Shown: piece after piece, positions 39,453 through 50,158 of the stretch
Position numbering within the stretch: position 1 is the first letter of the stretch
How the letters are laid out: each line of letters starts with the position of its first letter
Assembly: GCA_934176955.1 (NCBI GenBank)
Contig: CAKPOS010000003.1
Coordinates: forward strand, 53,411-117,410
Direction of reading: 5' to 3'
DNA: 64,000 nucleotides
From: an uncultured Bacilli bacterium
Lineage (GTDB): Bacteria > Bacillota_I > Bacilli_A > RF39 > UBA660
Translations under genes and position numbers: made by a program
The notes under the pieces: model-generated
What the model was told of the DNA's origin: nothing
Seen by the model: only the letters and a program-made list of their open reading frames with translations
Database searches by the model: none

Positions 39453-39684
39453 CATTAATCTCTTAAGTCTTTTTTTGTGTAAATTAGATAAAATAAAATC
39501 TATTCACCACAAGTGGAGAATTCCTGAAAAAGTATTATTAACCATCTCTCTTTTAGGAGGATGTTTTGGAATGCTAATAGGAATGCACTTGTTTCACCAC
39601 AAAACGAAAAAGAAAAAATTTTATTTCGTTTATTTATTTAGCATAGTTTGGATTGTTATTTTATTATCAATTTGTTATAATTAA
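39436..39684 (+). CDS. DUF1294-type small membrane protein
   Basis: KWRIPEKVLLTISLLGGCFGMLIGMHLFHHKTKK pattern. Confidence 0.6.
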   Translation: MFYFISINLLSLFLCKLDKIKSIHHKWRIPEKVLLTISLLGGCFGMLIGMHLFHHKTKKKKFYFVYLFSIVWIVILLSICYN

Positions 39685-39690
39685 AAAAAG

Positions 39691-41499
39691 GTGCGTGATA
39701 GAGTGAACCAAGAAAAAATTAGAAATTTTAGTATTATTGCCCATATTGATCATGGAAAAAGTACATTAGCAGATCGAATCTTAGAAAAAACAAATGCTGT
39801 AGATAAAAGAGTAATGAAAGAACAAATTCTAGATAATATGGATATTGAAAGAGAAAGAGGAATAACCATTAAATTAAATGCAGTAAGACTAAATTATAAA
39901 GGATATATATTAAATTTAATTGATACCCCAGGTCATGTTGACTTCAGTTATGAAGTATCCAGAAGTTTAGCGGCATGTGAAGGAGCAATCTTAGTAGTAG
40001 ATGCAACCCAAGGAATAGAAGCCCAAACTCTTGCTAACGTTTATTTAGCCCTAGATAATGATTTAGAAATTATTCCTGTTGTGAATAAAATAGACCTTCC
40101 TAATGCAGAACCAGAACTAAGACGCCAAGAATTAGTAGATACTTTTGGATTTGATTCTAACGATATTGTTTTTACTTCGGGGAAAACTGGAGAAGGAGTA
40201 GAAGAATTATTAGAAAAAATTATCACTAAAATTCCTCCTCCAAAAAAGCAAGAAGATGATCATTTAAAGTGCTTAATCTTTGATAGTTATTTTGATCCTT
40301 ATAAGGGAGTCGTTGCTTATGTAAGAGTAGTATCAGGAGAACTTCATCATAATGATAAAATCATGATGAAAACGACAAATTCTACTTATGATGTAACAGA
40401 ATTAGGATTTCATACTCCAAGTAACGTAAAAACAGATACCTTAAGAGAAGGAGAAGTAGGCTACGTTTGTGCAAGTATCAAAGATATTGCTGATGTGAGA
40501 GTAGGAGATACCATCACTTTAGCCAATAATCCTTGTAAAGAATCTTTACCTGGTTATAAAAAAATGAAACCAATGGTATATTGTGGTCTTTATCCAATTG
40601 ACTCCAAAAAATATCCAGCCCTAAGAGAAGCCCTAGAAAAATTAAAAATTAATGATGCTAGTTTAGTCTTTGAAACAGAATCTTCAACAACACTAGGTTT
40701 TGGATTTCGTACAGGATTTCTTGGCTTATTACATATGGAAATTATCGTTGAGAGAATTGAAAGAGAATTTCATGTAGAATTAATCGCAACCTCACCATCC
40801 GTCATTTATGAAATTACATTAACCGATGGAACAATCATTCATATTGATAATCCAAGTGAATTTCCAGAAAGAGTAAAAATCAAAGAAATCAAAGAACCAT
40901 ATGTAAGAACAAGTATTTTTGTTCCCAATAATTATGTCGGAAATATTATGGAGCTTTGTCAAAATAAAAGAGGAACTTATTTATCGATGGAATATGTGGA
41001 TGAAACAAGAGTCAATATTCATTATGAATTACCACTTTCCGAAATTGTTTATGATTTCTTTGATAAACTAAAAAGTTATACCAAAGGATATGCTTCTATG
41101 GATTATGATATTATTGGCAATAAACCAAGTGATTTAGTCAAAATGGATATCTTATTAAATGGAGAAATTGTTGATGCTTTATCGGTTATTGTACATAGAG
41201 ATTTTGCTTACAATAGAGCAAGAATTATCGTGGATAACTTAAAAAAATTAATTCCAAGACAAATGTTTGAAGTTCCTATTCAAGCAACCATTGGAAGTAA
41301 AGTTATTGCTAGAGCAGATATCAAAGCTATGCGAAAAAATGTTTTAGCAAAGTGCTATGGAGGAGACATCACCAGAAAAAGAAAACTATTAGAAAAACAA
41401 AAAGAAGGAAAAAAGAAAATGAAACAGATTGGTCATGTGGAAATACCAAGTGAAGCCTTCTTATCAGTCTTAAGTACAGAAGAAATCAAAGAAGATTAA
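39691..41499 (+). CDS. lepA: translation elongation factor 4
   Basis: [29 protein letters not shown] and the LepA C-terminal domain. Confidence 0.95.
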   Translation: MRDRVNQEKIRNFSIIAHIDHGKSTLADRILEKTNAVDKRVMKEQILDNMDIERERGITIKLNAVRLNYKGYILNLIDTPGHVDFSYEVSRSLAACEGAILVVDATQGIEAQTLANVYLALDNDLEIIPVVNKIDLPNAEPELRRQELVDTFGFDSNDIVFTSGKTGEGVEELLEKIITKIPPPKKQEDDHLKCLIFDSYFDPYKGVVAYVRVVSGELHHNDKIMMKTTNSTYDVTELGFHTPSNVKTDTLREGEVGYVCASIKDIADVRVGDTITLANNPCKESLPGYKKMKPMVYCGLYPIDSKKYPALREALEKLKINDASLVFETESSTTLGFGFRTGFLGLLHMEIIVERIEREFHVELIATSPSVIYEITLTDGTIIHIDNPSEFPERVKIKEIKEPYVRTSIFVPNNYVGNIMELCQNKRGTYLSMEYVDETRVNIHYELPLSEIVYDFFDKLKSYTKGYASMDYDIIGNKPSDLVKMDILLNGEIVDALSVIVHRDFAYNRARIIVDNLKKLIPRQMFEVPIQATIGSKVIARADIKAMRKNVLAKCYGGDITRKRKLLEKQKEGKKKMKQIGHVEIPSEAFLSVLSTEEIKED

Positions 41500-41562
41500 A
41501 TTAGCATTTATTAGTGTCCTGAAAAAGAAATTTTAATAAAATAAAGTAGTAGGGGGATTTTT

Positions 41563-43419
41563 ATGGGGAAATTACCAGTAAATAGTAAAGAAATTAAAAA
41601 ATACATTTTAAATGTAGAAAATGATTTAGAGGGATTAATTGAGTATTTAGAAGAAGATTATCAAAATACAACAGCAGGTATCTTTAATGCTCTTTTTACC
41701 TTAATGCGGCATTATGAACAAAATAAAAGTAGAGTGCAATATTTAATCTATTTAATTGAATCGACGTTATCAGTAAAACAAAGTAAAGAATTGAAAGGAC
41801 TATCAGGTCAAATTATTGATTTAGATAATAAAGTAAGTCAGCTTAAGCTAAAGGATAGGATAGCAATTCAGGAGCCATTAAATCAAATTCATGAAATCTT
41901 TCTAGCCGTCAATAGAAATGCAGATGCTGTTCCAAATGAAAAAATAAAATACTTATCTTTTCAAATATTTCAAGAAAAGAATATTCCTTTAATTGAGAGC
42001 TTTTTAAAAGAAAATCAAGGAATACTTTCTAGTCGAAATAAAGAAGGGGAAAATATCTTTGATATTCTTTTAAAACAATACTTATATCTAGATGAAAAAA
42101 ATATTGAAGAAATTGCTTATTATTATCATATTATCTTACTATTTTTGAATAGTTCTTGTCGAAAAGAGATTATTCATAATAAAGAAAAATATCTTGATTT
42201 TATTAAGAAATCAAAGTTAGAATGTAGGGAGCATATCATTCGATTAATTGAATTATTTGATCCTAATTATCAGGTTACTTTAGATAAAATAGAAAAGAGA
42301 TATCATGTTAATTTTGATTTTTTTTCTTCTGTTTTAGAAGAAATGAATACTTTTAAGATGGATAATACGAATCGAATAAACTTTTTACATCAAGAATGTA
42401 TTACGATTGATGGAGAGAGTACAACTTGTTTAGATGATGCCCTTTATTTGGAAAAAAATTTAGATGGTACTTATACTTTGTATGTTCATATTACAGATAT
42501 TCCTTCTTTTGTTCCGTATCAATCTATTGTAGATATGGAAGCCAAAAAAAGAGCAGAAACTTTGTATTTAAAAGATAGAAAAATTTCTTTATATCCAGAA
42601 GAAATTAGTGATGGAATTTGTTCATTGATTCCGAATAATCATCGTAATGTAATTAGTTATATTTTTCATTTAGATAGTAATTTTTCATTAATTGAAGATG
42701 ATTTCTCTTTTGTTAAAGGGAAAATTCAAGTGAAACATCGTTTAACTTATCAAGCTGCTGATCAAATTATTTTTGGAGAAGAAAATACTTCTTTAGCTGT
42801 GATGCTAAAAAGATTAGTATTGTTTGCTGAAGTACGGAAAAAAGGAAATATTATTCGAGATATTTACCGAGAATATCAAAATGCTATCGATTTTGATCCA
42901 AATCATGAATCATTTAAAACAAGTGTTTCTCCCAGTGCAAATATTGTGCATGAATCGATGGTATTGACAAATTATCAGATAGGAAAATATTTTAAAGATA
43001 GTAGTTTACCTTATTTATATCGAAAGATTGATTTACCAAGTGAAAGCTTTATTCAAGAACAGTTATTGAAACTTAAAAATCTTGATCCTAGTTTTTTAAA
43101 AAACAAAGAATATTATCAAAAAATTAAAGATAGTTATACAAAAGCCCAATATACAGATAAACCTGTTTATCATAAAGGACAAAATCTAGAGTGCTATTCT
43201 CATTCTAGCAGTCCTGCTAGAAGATATGCAGATGCTTTTAACCAATATTTATTATATGATTTTATTTTTCGAAATGAACAAAGTAATCAAAGTATCTATA
43301 AATGGGAATACCAGCTCCATGATTTAGCCTATTATTTAAATCAAAAGAAAAAAGAAAATGAAGTATTTTCTAGTCATTATAATTATTTAGCAAGTAAAAG
43401 TTTAATTAAAAAGAAGTAG
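41563..43419 (+). CDS. RNB-domain exoribonuclease (RNase II/R family, divergent)
   Basis: ITIDGESTTCLDDALY and HSSSPARRYADAFNQ motifs. The N-terminal ~270 aa are unrecognised, with no obvious cold-shock or S1 domain. Confidence 0.7.
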   Translation: MGKLPVNSKEIKKYILNVENDLEGLIEYLEEDYQNTTAGIFNALFTLMRHYEQNKSRVQYLIYLIESTLSVKQSKELKGLSGQIIDLDNKVSQLKLKDRIAIQEPLNQIHEIFLAVNRNADAVPNEKIKYLSFQIFQEKNIPLIESFLKENQGILSSRNKEGENIFDILLKQYLYLDEKNIEEIAYYYHIILLFLNSSCRKEIIHNKEKYLDFIKKSKLECREHIIRLIELFDPNYQVTLDKIEKRYHVNFDFFSSVLEEMNTFKMDNTNRINFLHQECITIDGESTTCLDDALYLEKNLDGTYTLYVHITDIPSFVPYQSIVDMEAKKRAETLYLKDRKISLYPEEISDGICSLIPNNHRNVISYIFHLDSNFSLIEDDFSFVKGKIQVKHRLTYQAADQIIFGEENTSLAVMLKRLVLFAEVRKKGNIIRDIYREYQNAIDFDPNHESFKTSVSPSANIVHESMVLTNYQIGKYFKDSSLPYLYRKIDLPSESFIQEQLLKLKNLDPSFLKNKEYYQKIKDSYTKAQYTDKPVYHKGQNLECYSHSSSPARRYADAFNQYLLYDFIFRNEQSNQSIYKWEYQLHDLAYYLNQKKKENEVFSSHYNYLASKSLIKKK

Positions 43420-43431
43420 GAGTGTGAAGAA

Positions 43432-44856
43432 ATGAATTTACCAAATATTAAAGAAGCAAGAGCAAGAACGAATAAAAAAGTAGAAATTAAAAGAGATGAA
43501 TATCACCTATCTTCATCAGCAAGACAATTAGGAATAGGGAAAAATTATTGTATTTATACTTATGGTTGTCAAATGAATGTTCATGATAGCGAGAATATTT
43601 CTGCAATCATGGAAGAAATGGGATATAGCAAGAAAGAAGATATGGATGAGGCGGATGTCATTATTTTAAATACTTGTGCGATTCGTGAAAATGCACACAA
43701 TAAAGTTCATGGCATGTTAGGAAGAATTAAGCATTTAAAAGAAACCAAGGAAGATATTATTACTGTATTTTGTGGTTGCATGGCACAAGAAGAAGGAATT
43801 GCTTTAGAATTAAAAGAAAAATTTCCTTGGGTAGATATTGTGATGGGAACGCATAATTTTCATCAATTACCTCTTTACCTAGAAAATGTGATGACTACAA
43901 AGAAACAAGATATTGAAGTATTTTCTATTGAAGGAGATGTTATTGAAGGAATTCCTGTAAAAAGAGATTCTAAGTACAAAGCATGGATTAACATTATGTA
44001 TGGATGCGATAAATTCTGTACTTATTGTATCGTTCCTTATACAAGAGGAAAGCAAAGAAGTAGACTTCCAGAAGATATTATTAAAGAAGTAAAAGAATTG
44101 GTAAAAGATGGCTACCAAGAAGTCACTTTATTAGGACAAAATGTCAATGCTTATGGAAAAGATTTAAATCTTCAGTATGGAATGGATAATTTATTAGAAG
44201 ATGTTGCTAAAACAAATATTCCAAGAATTCGTTTCGTTACCTCACATCCTTGGGACTTTACGGATGAAATGATCGATATGATTGCCAAATATGATAATAT
44301 CATGCCTTATATTCATCTTCCTTTACAAAGTGGATCAACTAAAATTTTGAAAAAAATGGGAAGAAAATATACAAAAGAAGAATACAAGAAATTATTTTAT
44401 AAAATTAAAGATAAGGTAAAAAATGTTTCTATTACAACAGATATTATTGTAGGATTTCCAGGAGAGACAAAAGAAGACTTTCATGAAACTCTAGATTTAG
44501 TTGATGAATTAAAATATGATTTAGCGTATACTTTCATCTATTCAAAAAGAGAAGGAACACCTGCAAGCCAGTTTAAAGATGAAACATCAATGGAAGAAAA
44601 GAAAGAAAGATTAGCACTTTTAAATAAAAAAATTAATCAATATGCTTTAGAAAATAATCAAAAATACTTAAATAAAATTGTTGATGTGTTAATTGAAGGA
44701 CCAAGTGAAAAGGAAGGAAAATTAATGGGATATACTGATACCATGAAACTCGTTAATGTGAAAGCTTCGGATAAAACTATAGGAAAAATTGTTAAAGTAA
44801 AAATTACTGAGGTTAAAACTTGGAGTTTGGATGGTGAAGTAGTCGATGAAAAATAA
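43432..44856 (+). CDS. miaB: tRNA-2-methylthio-N6-dimethylallyladenosine synthase
   Basis: UPF0004 N-domain (YTYGCQMN), radical-SAM CDKFCTYC and a TRAM C-terminus. Confidence 0.9.
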   Translation: MNLPNIKEARARTNKKVEIKRDEYHLSSSARQLGIGKNYCIYTYGCQMNVHDSENISAIMEEMGYSKKEDMDEADVIILNTCAIRENAHNKVHGMLGRIKHLKETKEDIITVFCGCMAQEEGIALELKEKFPWVDIVMGTHNFHQLPLYLENVMTTKKQDIEVFSIEGDVIEGIPVKRDSKYKAWINIMYGCDKFCTYCIVPYTRGKQRSRLPEDIIKEVKELVKDGYQEVTLLGQNVNAYGKDLNLQYGMDNLLEDVAKTNIPRIRFVTSHPWDFTDEMIDMIAKYDNIMPYIHLPLQSGSTKILKKMGRKYTKEEYKKLFYKIKDKVKNVSITTDIIVGFPGETKEDFHETLDLVDELKYDLAYTFIYSKREGTPASQFKDETSMEEKKERLALLNKKINQYALENNQKYLNKIVDVLIEGPSEKEGKLMGYTDTMKLVNVKASDKTIGKIVKVKITEVKTWSLDGEVVDEK

Positions 44857-45172
44857 AATGCAAGAACTATTTCAAGCTATCCAAGAATCACCAGAATATA
44901 GAAGTTATTTAAATATTGGGAGTGTCATTGAACAAGATGATGAAATTGTATCTTTAGTGAATGAAATTAAAAGACTTCAACAAAAATCAGTAGAATTAGA
45001 ATATCATCATGATGAAGGATATAAAGAGATTGATAAAGAAATCGATAAGAAAGTAGCCGATTTAAATAGTAGACCAATTTATCAAGAATACTTAAGAAGA
45101 ATGAATGAATTTAATAATATTCTAGCAGAATCTAGTAATCAGATTGAAAAATATGTGAATAGTAAAGTTTAG
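44846..45172 (+). CDS. ricA: YlbF/YmcA (RicA)-family regulator
   Basis: A helical 108-aa protein immediately after miaB, matching the B. subtilis ymcB-ymcA synteny. Shows the ...EIKRLQQK...YQEYLRRMNEFNNIL pattern. Confidence 0.6.
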   Translation: MKNKMQELFQAIQESPEYRSYLNIGSVIEQDDEIVSLVNEIKRLQQKSVELEYHHDEGYKEIDKEIDKKVADLNSRPIYQEYLRRMNEFNNILAESSNQIEKYVNSKV

Positions 45173-45198
45173 TTGATAAAAAAAGACAAAGAGTTATT

Positions 45199-45396
45199 AT
45201 GGATTTAGGAAAAATATTATCTAGTAAAAATAATAGTGTGCTAGTAGATTATCTATTATTTTTGCTAAAGAAAAAGCAAGCTAGTATTATTTTAGAAAAA
45301 TTAGATAATGAATTACAAAGTCAAATTGATGCAAATAGGACAGTGCATAATTGTGGGGCGCAATATGAAACTTATGCTTATTTAAAGAAAAGATGA
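45199..45396 (+). CDS. hypothetical small protein
   Basis: ORF only, with a weak RBS. Confidence 0.3.
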   Translation: MDLGKILSSKNNSVLVDYLLFLLKKKQASIILEKLDNELQSQIDANRTVHNCGAQYETYAYLKKR

Positions 45397-45451
45397 AGTT
45401 TAGTCGAATAGCTAGGCTTCTTTTCTATACTTGATTAGAAATAAGTAAAAT

Positions 45452-45520
45452 ATCACAAAATGATGAAATGAAATACCACAAAATGATGAAATGAAATACC
45501 ACAAAATAGTGAAATAAAAT
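45452..45520. repeat. 3 x 23-bp tandem direct repeat (a[tc]cacaaaatgatgaaatgaaat)
   Basis: The three copies are at 45452-45474, 45475-45497 and 45498-45520. The third copy is diverged at 3 positions. Confidence 0.9.
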
Positions 45521-45571
45521 GTTTGTTTTCATACTAAAAAAGTGTATAATATACATAGGAGGAGATTTTTT

Positions 45572-46840
45572 ATGAATTATATTAAAAGAATTGTAGACAA
45601 AGAAATTGATGAAAAATTGTCTATTATGGGTGCTGTATTGATAAAAGGTCCAAAATGGTGTGGAAAAACTACTAGTGCAAAGCAAGTAGCAAAAAGTGTT
45701 TTAGAAATGCAAAATCCTGATTTGCAAGAAAATTATATTGAATTGGCAAATACCAAACCATCATTATTATTAGAAGGGGAAAAGCCTAGATTAATCGATG
45801 AATGGCAATTGGCACCAAAGTTATGGAATGCTGTTAGATATTCAGTAGATAACATTGGACTTCCTAATCAATATATTTTAACTGGATCAGCTACGCCTAA
45901 TGAAGATGATACCCTTCATAGTGGTGTAGGAAGGTTTGCTTTCGTTGCAATGAAACCAATGACTTTATATGAAAGTGGAGATTCTAATGGAGAAATTTCT
46001 TTATTCAATTTATTGAATGGAAAACGTAATATTGATGGGATTAAAACAGATTTAACTTATGAAAAAATAGCCTATGTCCTTTGTCGTGGTGGGTGGCCTA
46101 GTGCTTTAAAATTACCAGAAAAATCTGCTTTAGAAATTGCTAAAAATTATATTGATGTATTATGTAATTCTGACATTTCTAGAATAGATGGCACTAAAAG
46201 GGATCCGTCACTTGCTAAAATGATTTTAAAGTCTTATGCAAGACAAGTTTCAACAATTGATTCTAATCAATCATTATTTGATGATGTAAAGGCAAATTAT
46301 TCAGATATAAGTGATAGAACGATTATGGATTACTTAAATGTATTGAAAAAATTATACATTATTGAAGAAATTGAGGCTTGGAGTCCTAATATTAGAAGCA
46401 AAACTGCCATTAGAACTTCTCCTAAGAAAAGTATGATAGATCCTTCTCTTGCTGTAGCGGCTTTAGGATGTTCACCTAAAGATATCATGATGGACATTAG
46501 AACATATGGATTATTATTTGAAAATTTAGTAAATAGAGATTTAAGTGTTTATGTAAAATCAATTGGAGGTACCTTAAAACATTATAGAGACAGATATGGC
46601 CTAGAATGTGATAATGTTATTCATTTTGATGATGGTAGGTATGCTTTAATTGAAACAAAACTTGGAGGGACTAGGATAAAAGAAGCAGAAAACCATTTAA
46701 TCACTTTAAAAAATTTAATTTTAGAAAATGAACCAAAAATAGGTAGTCCAGAATTTTTAATGGTTATTACGGGAACCGATATGGCTTATACTACAGAAAA
46801 AGGAGTATTGGTAGTTCCGATTGGATGTTTAAAAAATTAA
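45572..46840 (+). CDS. AAA-family ATPase with a DUF4143-like C-terminus (COG1373 type)
   Basis: AGGAGG RBS 9 nt before ATG 45572. Walker A GPKWCGKTT and a restriction-endonuclease-like C-terminal part (ECDNVI...ALIETKLGG). Confidence 0.7.
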   Translation: MNYIKRIVDKEIDEKLSIMGAVLIKGPKWCGKTTSAKQVAKSVLEMQNPDLQENYIELANTKPSLLLEGEKPRLIDEWQLAPKLWNAVRYSVDNIGLPNQYILTGSATPNEDDTLHSGVGRFAFVAMKPMTLYESGDSNGEISLFNLLNGKRNIDGIKTDLTYEKIAYVLCRGGWPSALKLPEKSALEIAKNYIDVLCNSDISRIDGTKRDPSLAKMILKSYARQVSTIDSNQSLFDDVKANYSDISDRTIMDYLNVLKKLYIIEEIEAWSPNIRSKTAIRTSPKKSMIDPSLAVAALGCSPKDIMMDIRTYGLLFENLVNRDLSVYVKSIGGTLKHYRDRYGLECDNVIHFDDGRYALIETKLGGTRIKEAENHLITLKNLILENEPKIGSPEFLMVITGTDMAYTTEKGVLVVPIGCLKN

Positions 46841-46868
46841 TAAAAACGAAAAAAAGAATAGTTATAGT

Positions 46869-48173
46869 CTAATAATTCTTCTTTTCATTTAAGCTTTTAT
46901 AAACATAATAAAAGTGATGAATAGTAATGAACGTAATATTAACGAGAGTTGCTGTTAATAGTCCCCACATTCCAATATGAAGTAATGATAAGCCAAATAA
47001 TAAGAAGAGACGAAGAATTGAACCATAAAAAGTCCCCATCATTGCCTCTTTTGCTTTCCCCATAGCTTGCATACTAGCAGTAAGAGGTCCTTGAATATAA
47101 TGAAGAAGAAAAATAGGAGCAATAACTTTAATATAGATAAGTCCTTCTTTGGTATTATAAATAAACTTTAATAAATATTCGGGAAATCTCATCAAAATAA
47201 TTGTACAAGGAATGCCAATAAGTAAAGAAATTCCTATAGCTTGTTTAATTTTATATTTTGTATAAGCGTAATTTCTATTACTATAGGAATGAGAAACTAC
47301 AGGAAGCAATGCATTAGAAATTGCCATAGTAAAGAAAGAAGGAAGTAATAATAAAGAATAAACATAACCATTAATAATACCATATTCAACAGTAATATAA
47401 TCTGTTGTATAGCCAATTTTGGTTAAAGTAAAAGTTAAAATAATCGGTTCTAAAAAGTAAGAAAAGGAACCAATTAACCGACTTCCCGTAGTAGGAATAC
47501 TAATATCTAGTAAATCTTTTAAAATCATCTTATCTTGTTTAAAATCATGAAGAGAAATCTTTTTTCCTGGAGGAATAAATGCTAAAAGAACAAAGATAGA
47601 AGCCCCTTCACTTAGAATATTAATTAAAACAACTCCAATAATCGCTCTTTCAAGGGAGTATCTCATTAAGTATTTTACTACGGTTAAAGTAAGGATAAGA
47701 CGAACAATTTGCTCAATAATATTAGCAATCGTGGTAGGAAACATTTTTTCTAGACCAAAGAAATAGCCTTTCATGATAGAAGAAATACAAATAAAAGGCA
47801 AAGTCAGCCCAATAGCCATTAAAGGATAATAAGTCATTTTATTATGAAGAAGATTTTTACTTAAAAAAGGGGCAATGAAAAATAGGGAAATCATTAATAA
47901 AAAATTAAAAAGAAGAATAAAAGGCACACTCGTTAAAACAATTTTTTTATGATTTCTTTCCTCTTCACTAATTAACTTAGAAATGGCAACAGGTAGCCCT
48001 AATGAACATAGAGTAATAAATAAATTAAAGGTAGGAAGAATTAAAGAATAAATTCCTATTCCTTTTGTGGTAATGGTTCTCGTTAATACAATTTTAATGA
48101 ACATTCCTAAAATTTTACTAATAAATCCGCCAATAATTAAGATAATTGTTGATTGAATAAACTTGTTTTTCAT
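46869..48173 (-). CDS. MOP-superfamily flippase (SpoVB/YtgP/MurJ-like polysaccharide or lipid II exporter)
   Basis: 434 aa with about 12 TM helices and the typical N-terminus MKNKFIQSTIILIIGGFISKILG. Confidence 0.6.
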   Translation of the reverse strand: MKNKFIQSTIILIIGGFISKILGMFIKIVLTRTITTKGIGIYSLILPTFNLFITLCSLGLPVAISKLISEEERNHKKIVLTSVPFILLFNFLLMISLFFIAPFLSKNLLHNKMTYYPLMAIGLTLPFICISSIMKGYFFGLEKMFPTTIANIIEQIVRLILTLTVVKYLMRYSLERAIIGVVLINILSEGASIFVLLAFIPPGKKISLHDFKQDKMILKDLLDISIPTTGSRLIGSFSYFLEPIILTFTLTKIGYTTDYITVEYGIINGYVYSLLLLPSFFTMAISNALLPVVSHSYSNRNYAYTKYKIKQAIGISLLIGIPCTIILMRFPEYLLKFIYNTKEGLIYIKVIAPIFLLHYIQGPLTASMQAMGKAKEAMMGTFYGSILRLFLLFGLSLLHIGMWGLLTATLVNITFITIHHFYYVYKSLNEKKNY

Positions 48174-48257
48174 AGTAAAATATATGCAGGGGATTCAAAA
48201 AATAATCTAGTAAAATTATCATTATTAGTGTATACTTAAGAGTAGGGAGGACGAAAA

Positions 48258-48782
48258 ATGGATAGTTATACAATTATTGTTATTATTTTTGGAATGATCA
48301 TTTTAAGTATTTTAATCCTATTATATTTTTATAATAAAATTGTTATTCAAAAAGCAAAAATATTAAAAAAATATAATAATGTTAAAGGATATATTTTAGA
48401 GGAGAGAAATGCAACTTTGGAAATGATTACTTTTATTCAAAATAATTTAGAACATGAAGAAGACTATATCAGTACCTTAAAGAAAACTGTTGAGATATTT
48501 GATTATTTAAAAAATACAGATGGTGGATTAAAACAATTGAAGAAGGCTCAAAATACTTATCGAGATTTTTCTAAATTAGATAAAGTTTATTCCTCATTAA
48601 AGAAGAATAAAGAATATATTCAATTAAAAGAAAAAGCAAATACAGCTGAAGATAGATTAAAATATTCTTTTGATGATTATAATAAAGAAGTAAAAAAATA
48701 CAATGCTTTTGATAAAGAAAAAGGATATGCTTTTATTAAAAAAATAGCCAGATTTCCAAAGTATGATAGTTACAAAATATGA
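48258..48782 (+). CDS. LemA-like membrane-anchored protein (tentative)
   Basis: Single N-terminal TM followed by YNKIV...; the neighbouring gene is a DUF45 peptidase. Confidence 0.4.
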   Translation: MDSYTIIVIIFGMIILSILILLYFYNKIVIQKAKILKKYNNVKGYILEERNATLEMITFIQNNLEHEEDYISTLKKTVEIFDYLKNTDGGLKQLKKAQNTYRDFSKLDKVYSSLKKNKEYIQLKEKANTAEDRLKYSFDDYNKEVKKYNAFDKEKGYAFIKKIARFPKYDSYKI

Positions 48783-49414
48783 AAGAATTTATTTATCAAG
48801 AAAAAGCATATCCTATTGTTATTGTTAGAAAACAAAATAAAAATACTTATATTCGGATTAAAGAAGAAAAAATTGTTGTTACAACTTCTTATTTAATGCC
48901 TACCATAAAGATTACTAAGTTAATTCAAGATAATCAGAAAGCAATTGAAAAAATGTTAGAGCGTTCAATAAGAAATCAAGAAAAAGAGCATCATTTTTAT
49001 TTATTAGGAAAAGAATATTTCCTCGAATTTAATCCTAAATATACAGAACCTAAAATTGAGGAGAATAGGATTGGGGTAAAAGATGAAAAAGCATTAGAAT
49101 CATTCCTGAAAGAATATAGAAATTCTCTTTTTTTGACTCATTTAGAGAAATGTTATTCACAATTTGATGAAAAAATTCCTTTTCCTAAGTTAAAGTGCCT
49201 TAAGATGAAAACAAGATGGGGAGTATGTAACACAAAAACAAAAACAATTACCTTAAATAGTGAATTGTTACGATACGAAGTAGAATGCTTAGATTATGTG
49301 ATTATTCATGAATTAAGCCACTTACTTGTTCCTAACCATTCTCCAAAATTTTGGAGCGTTGTTGTAAAATATTGTCCCAATTATAAAGAAATTAGAAAAA
49401 AGTTAAGGAGTTGA
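48779..49414 (+). CDS. YgjP/DUF45-type (M48-like) metallopeptidase
   Basis: IIHELSHLLVPNHSPKFW motif, which contains HExxH. Confidence 0.75.
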   Translation: MKEFIYQEKAYPIVIVRKQNKNTYIRIKEEKIVVTTSYLMPTIKITKLIQDNQKAIEKMLERSIRNQEKEHHFYLLGKEYFLEFNPKYTEPKIEENRIGVKDEKALESFLKEYRNSLFLTHLEKCYSQFDEKIPFPKLKCLKMKTRWGVCNTKTKTITLNSELLRYEVECLDYVIIHELSHLLVPNHSPKFWSVVVKYCPNYKEIRKKLRS

Positions 49415-49418
49415 GAAG

Positions 49419-50150
49419 ATGTTGATTACCTCGGTTCATAATGAACATATTAAAGAATTAGAAAGATTAAAAGAAAAAAAATATCGTGATCAAACAGGAC
49501 TCTTTTTGGTTGAAACCAGTCATTTAGCAATCGAAGCTTATCGTGCAGGATTATTAAAAGAATTACTAGTGGAACAAAATGAAATTTTTCCTATAGATGT
49601 TCCTATTACTTATGTTTCTAAAGAAATCTTAAAAAAATTAAGTTCTACGAAAACTCCACCAAAAGTAATTGCTGTGGTGAAGAAAAAAGAAGAAAGAGAA
49701 GAAATTGGAGAAAAAGTTCTCATATTAGATAGAATTCAAGACCCAGGTAATTTAGGAACCATTATCCGAAGTGCTGTTGCTTTTAATATTGATACCATTA
49801 TTTGTAGTCCAGATACTGTTGATTTTTATAATCCTAAAGTCGTTAGAGCAAGTCAAGGAATGATGTTTCATCTTCCCATTCTTGTTCTAGATACAGAAAA
49901 AACGATTCAAGAATTAAAGAAAAAAGATTATAAAATTATTGGAACGAAAGTAACAAATGGAGAAGATGTAAGAAACGCAGCTATCTATTCTCATTTTGCT
50001 TTAGTCATTGGAAATGAAGGACAAGGAATCAGTGAAATGATTGAAAAATTATGTGATCAGTTTTTGTATATTAAAATGAATGGGAACTGTGAAAGTTTAA
50101 ATGCAAGTGTAGCAGCTTCCATTTTATTGTATGAAATTAGTAATAAGTAG
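49419..50150 (+). CDS. TrmH/SpoU-family RNA 2'-O-methyltransferase
   Basis: DRIQDPGNLGTIIRSA, VIGNEGQGIS and SLNASVAASILLYE motifs. Confidence 0.85.
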   Translation: MLITSVHNEHIKELERLKEKKYRDQTGLFLVETSHLAIEAYRAGLLKELLVEQNEIFPIDVPITYVSKEILKKLSSTKTPPKVIAVVKKKEEREEIGEKVLILDRIQDPGNLGTIIRSAVAFNIDTIICSPDTVDFYNPKVVRASQGMMFHLPILVLDTEKTIQELKKKDYKIIGTKVTNGEDVRNAAIYSHFALVIGNEGQGISEMIEKLCDQFLYIKMNGNCESLNASVAASILLYEISNK

Positions 50151-50158
50151 GTGAGATT

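Noticed and set aside
45452-45520. Possible CRISPR array
   Set aside because: The 23-bp units are directly adjacent with no spacers and there are only three copies. No cas genes occur anywhere in the window.
45425-45685. Minus-strand 86-aa ORF across the 23-bp tandem repeats, and the longer 45542 start for the ATPase
   Set aside because: The ORF is a by-product of the repeat. ATG 45572 has a perfect AGGAGG RBS, whereas 45542 lies on the -10 box.
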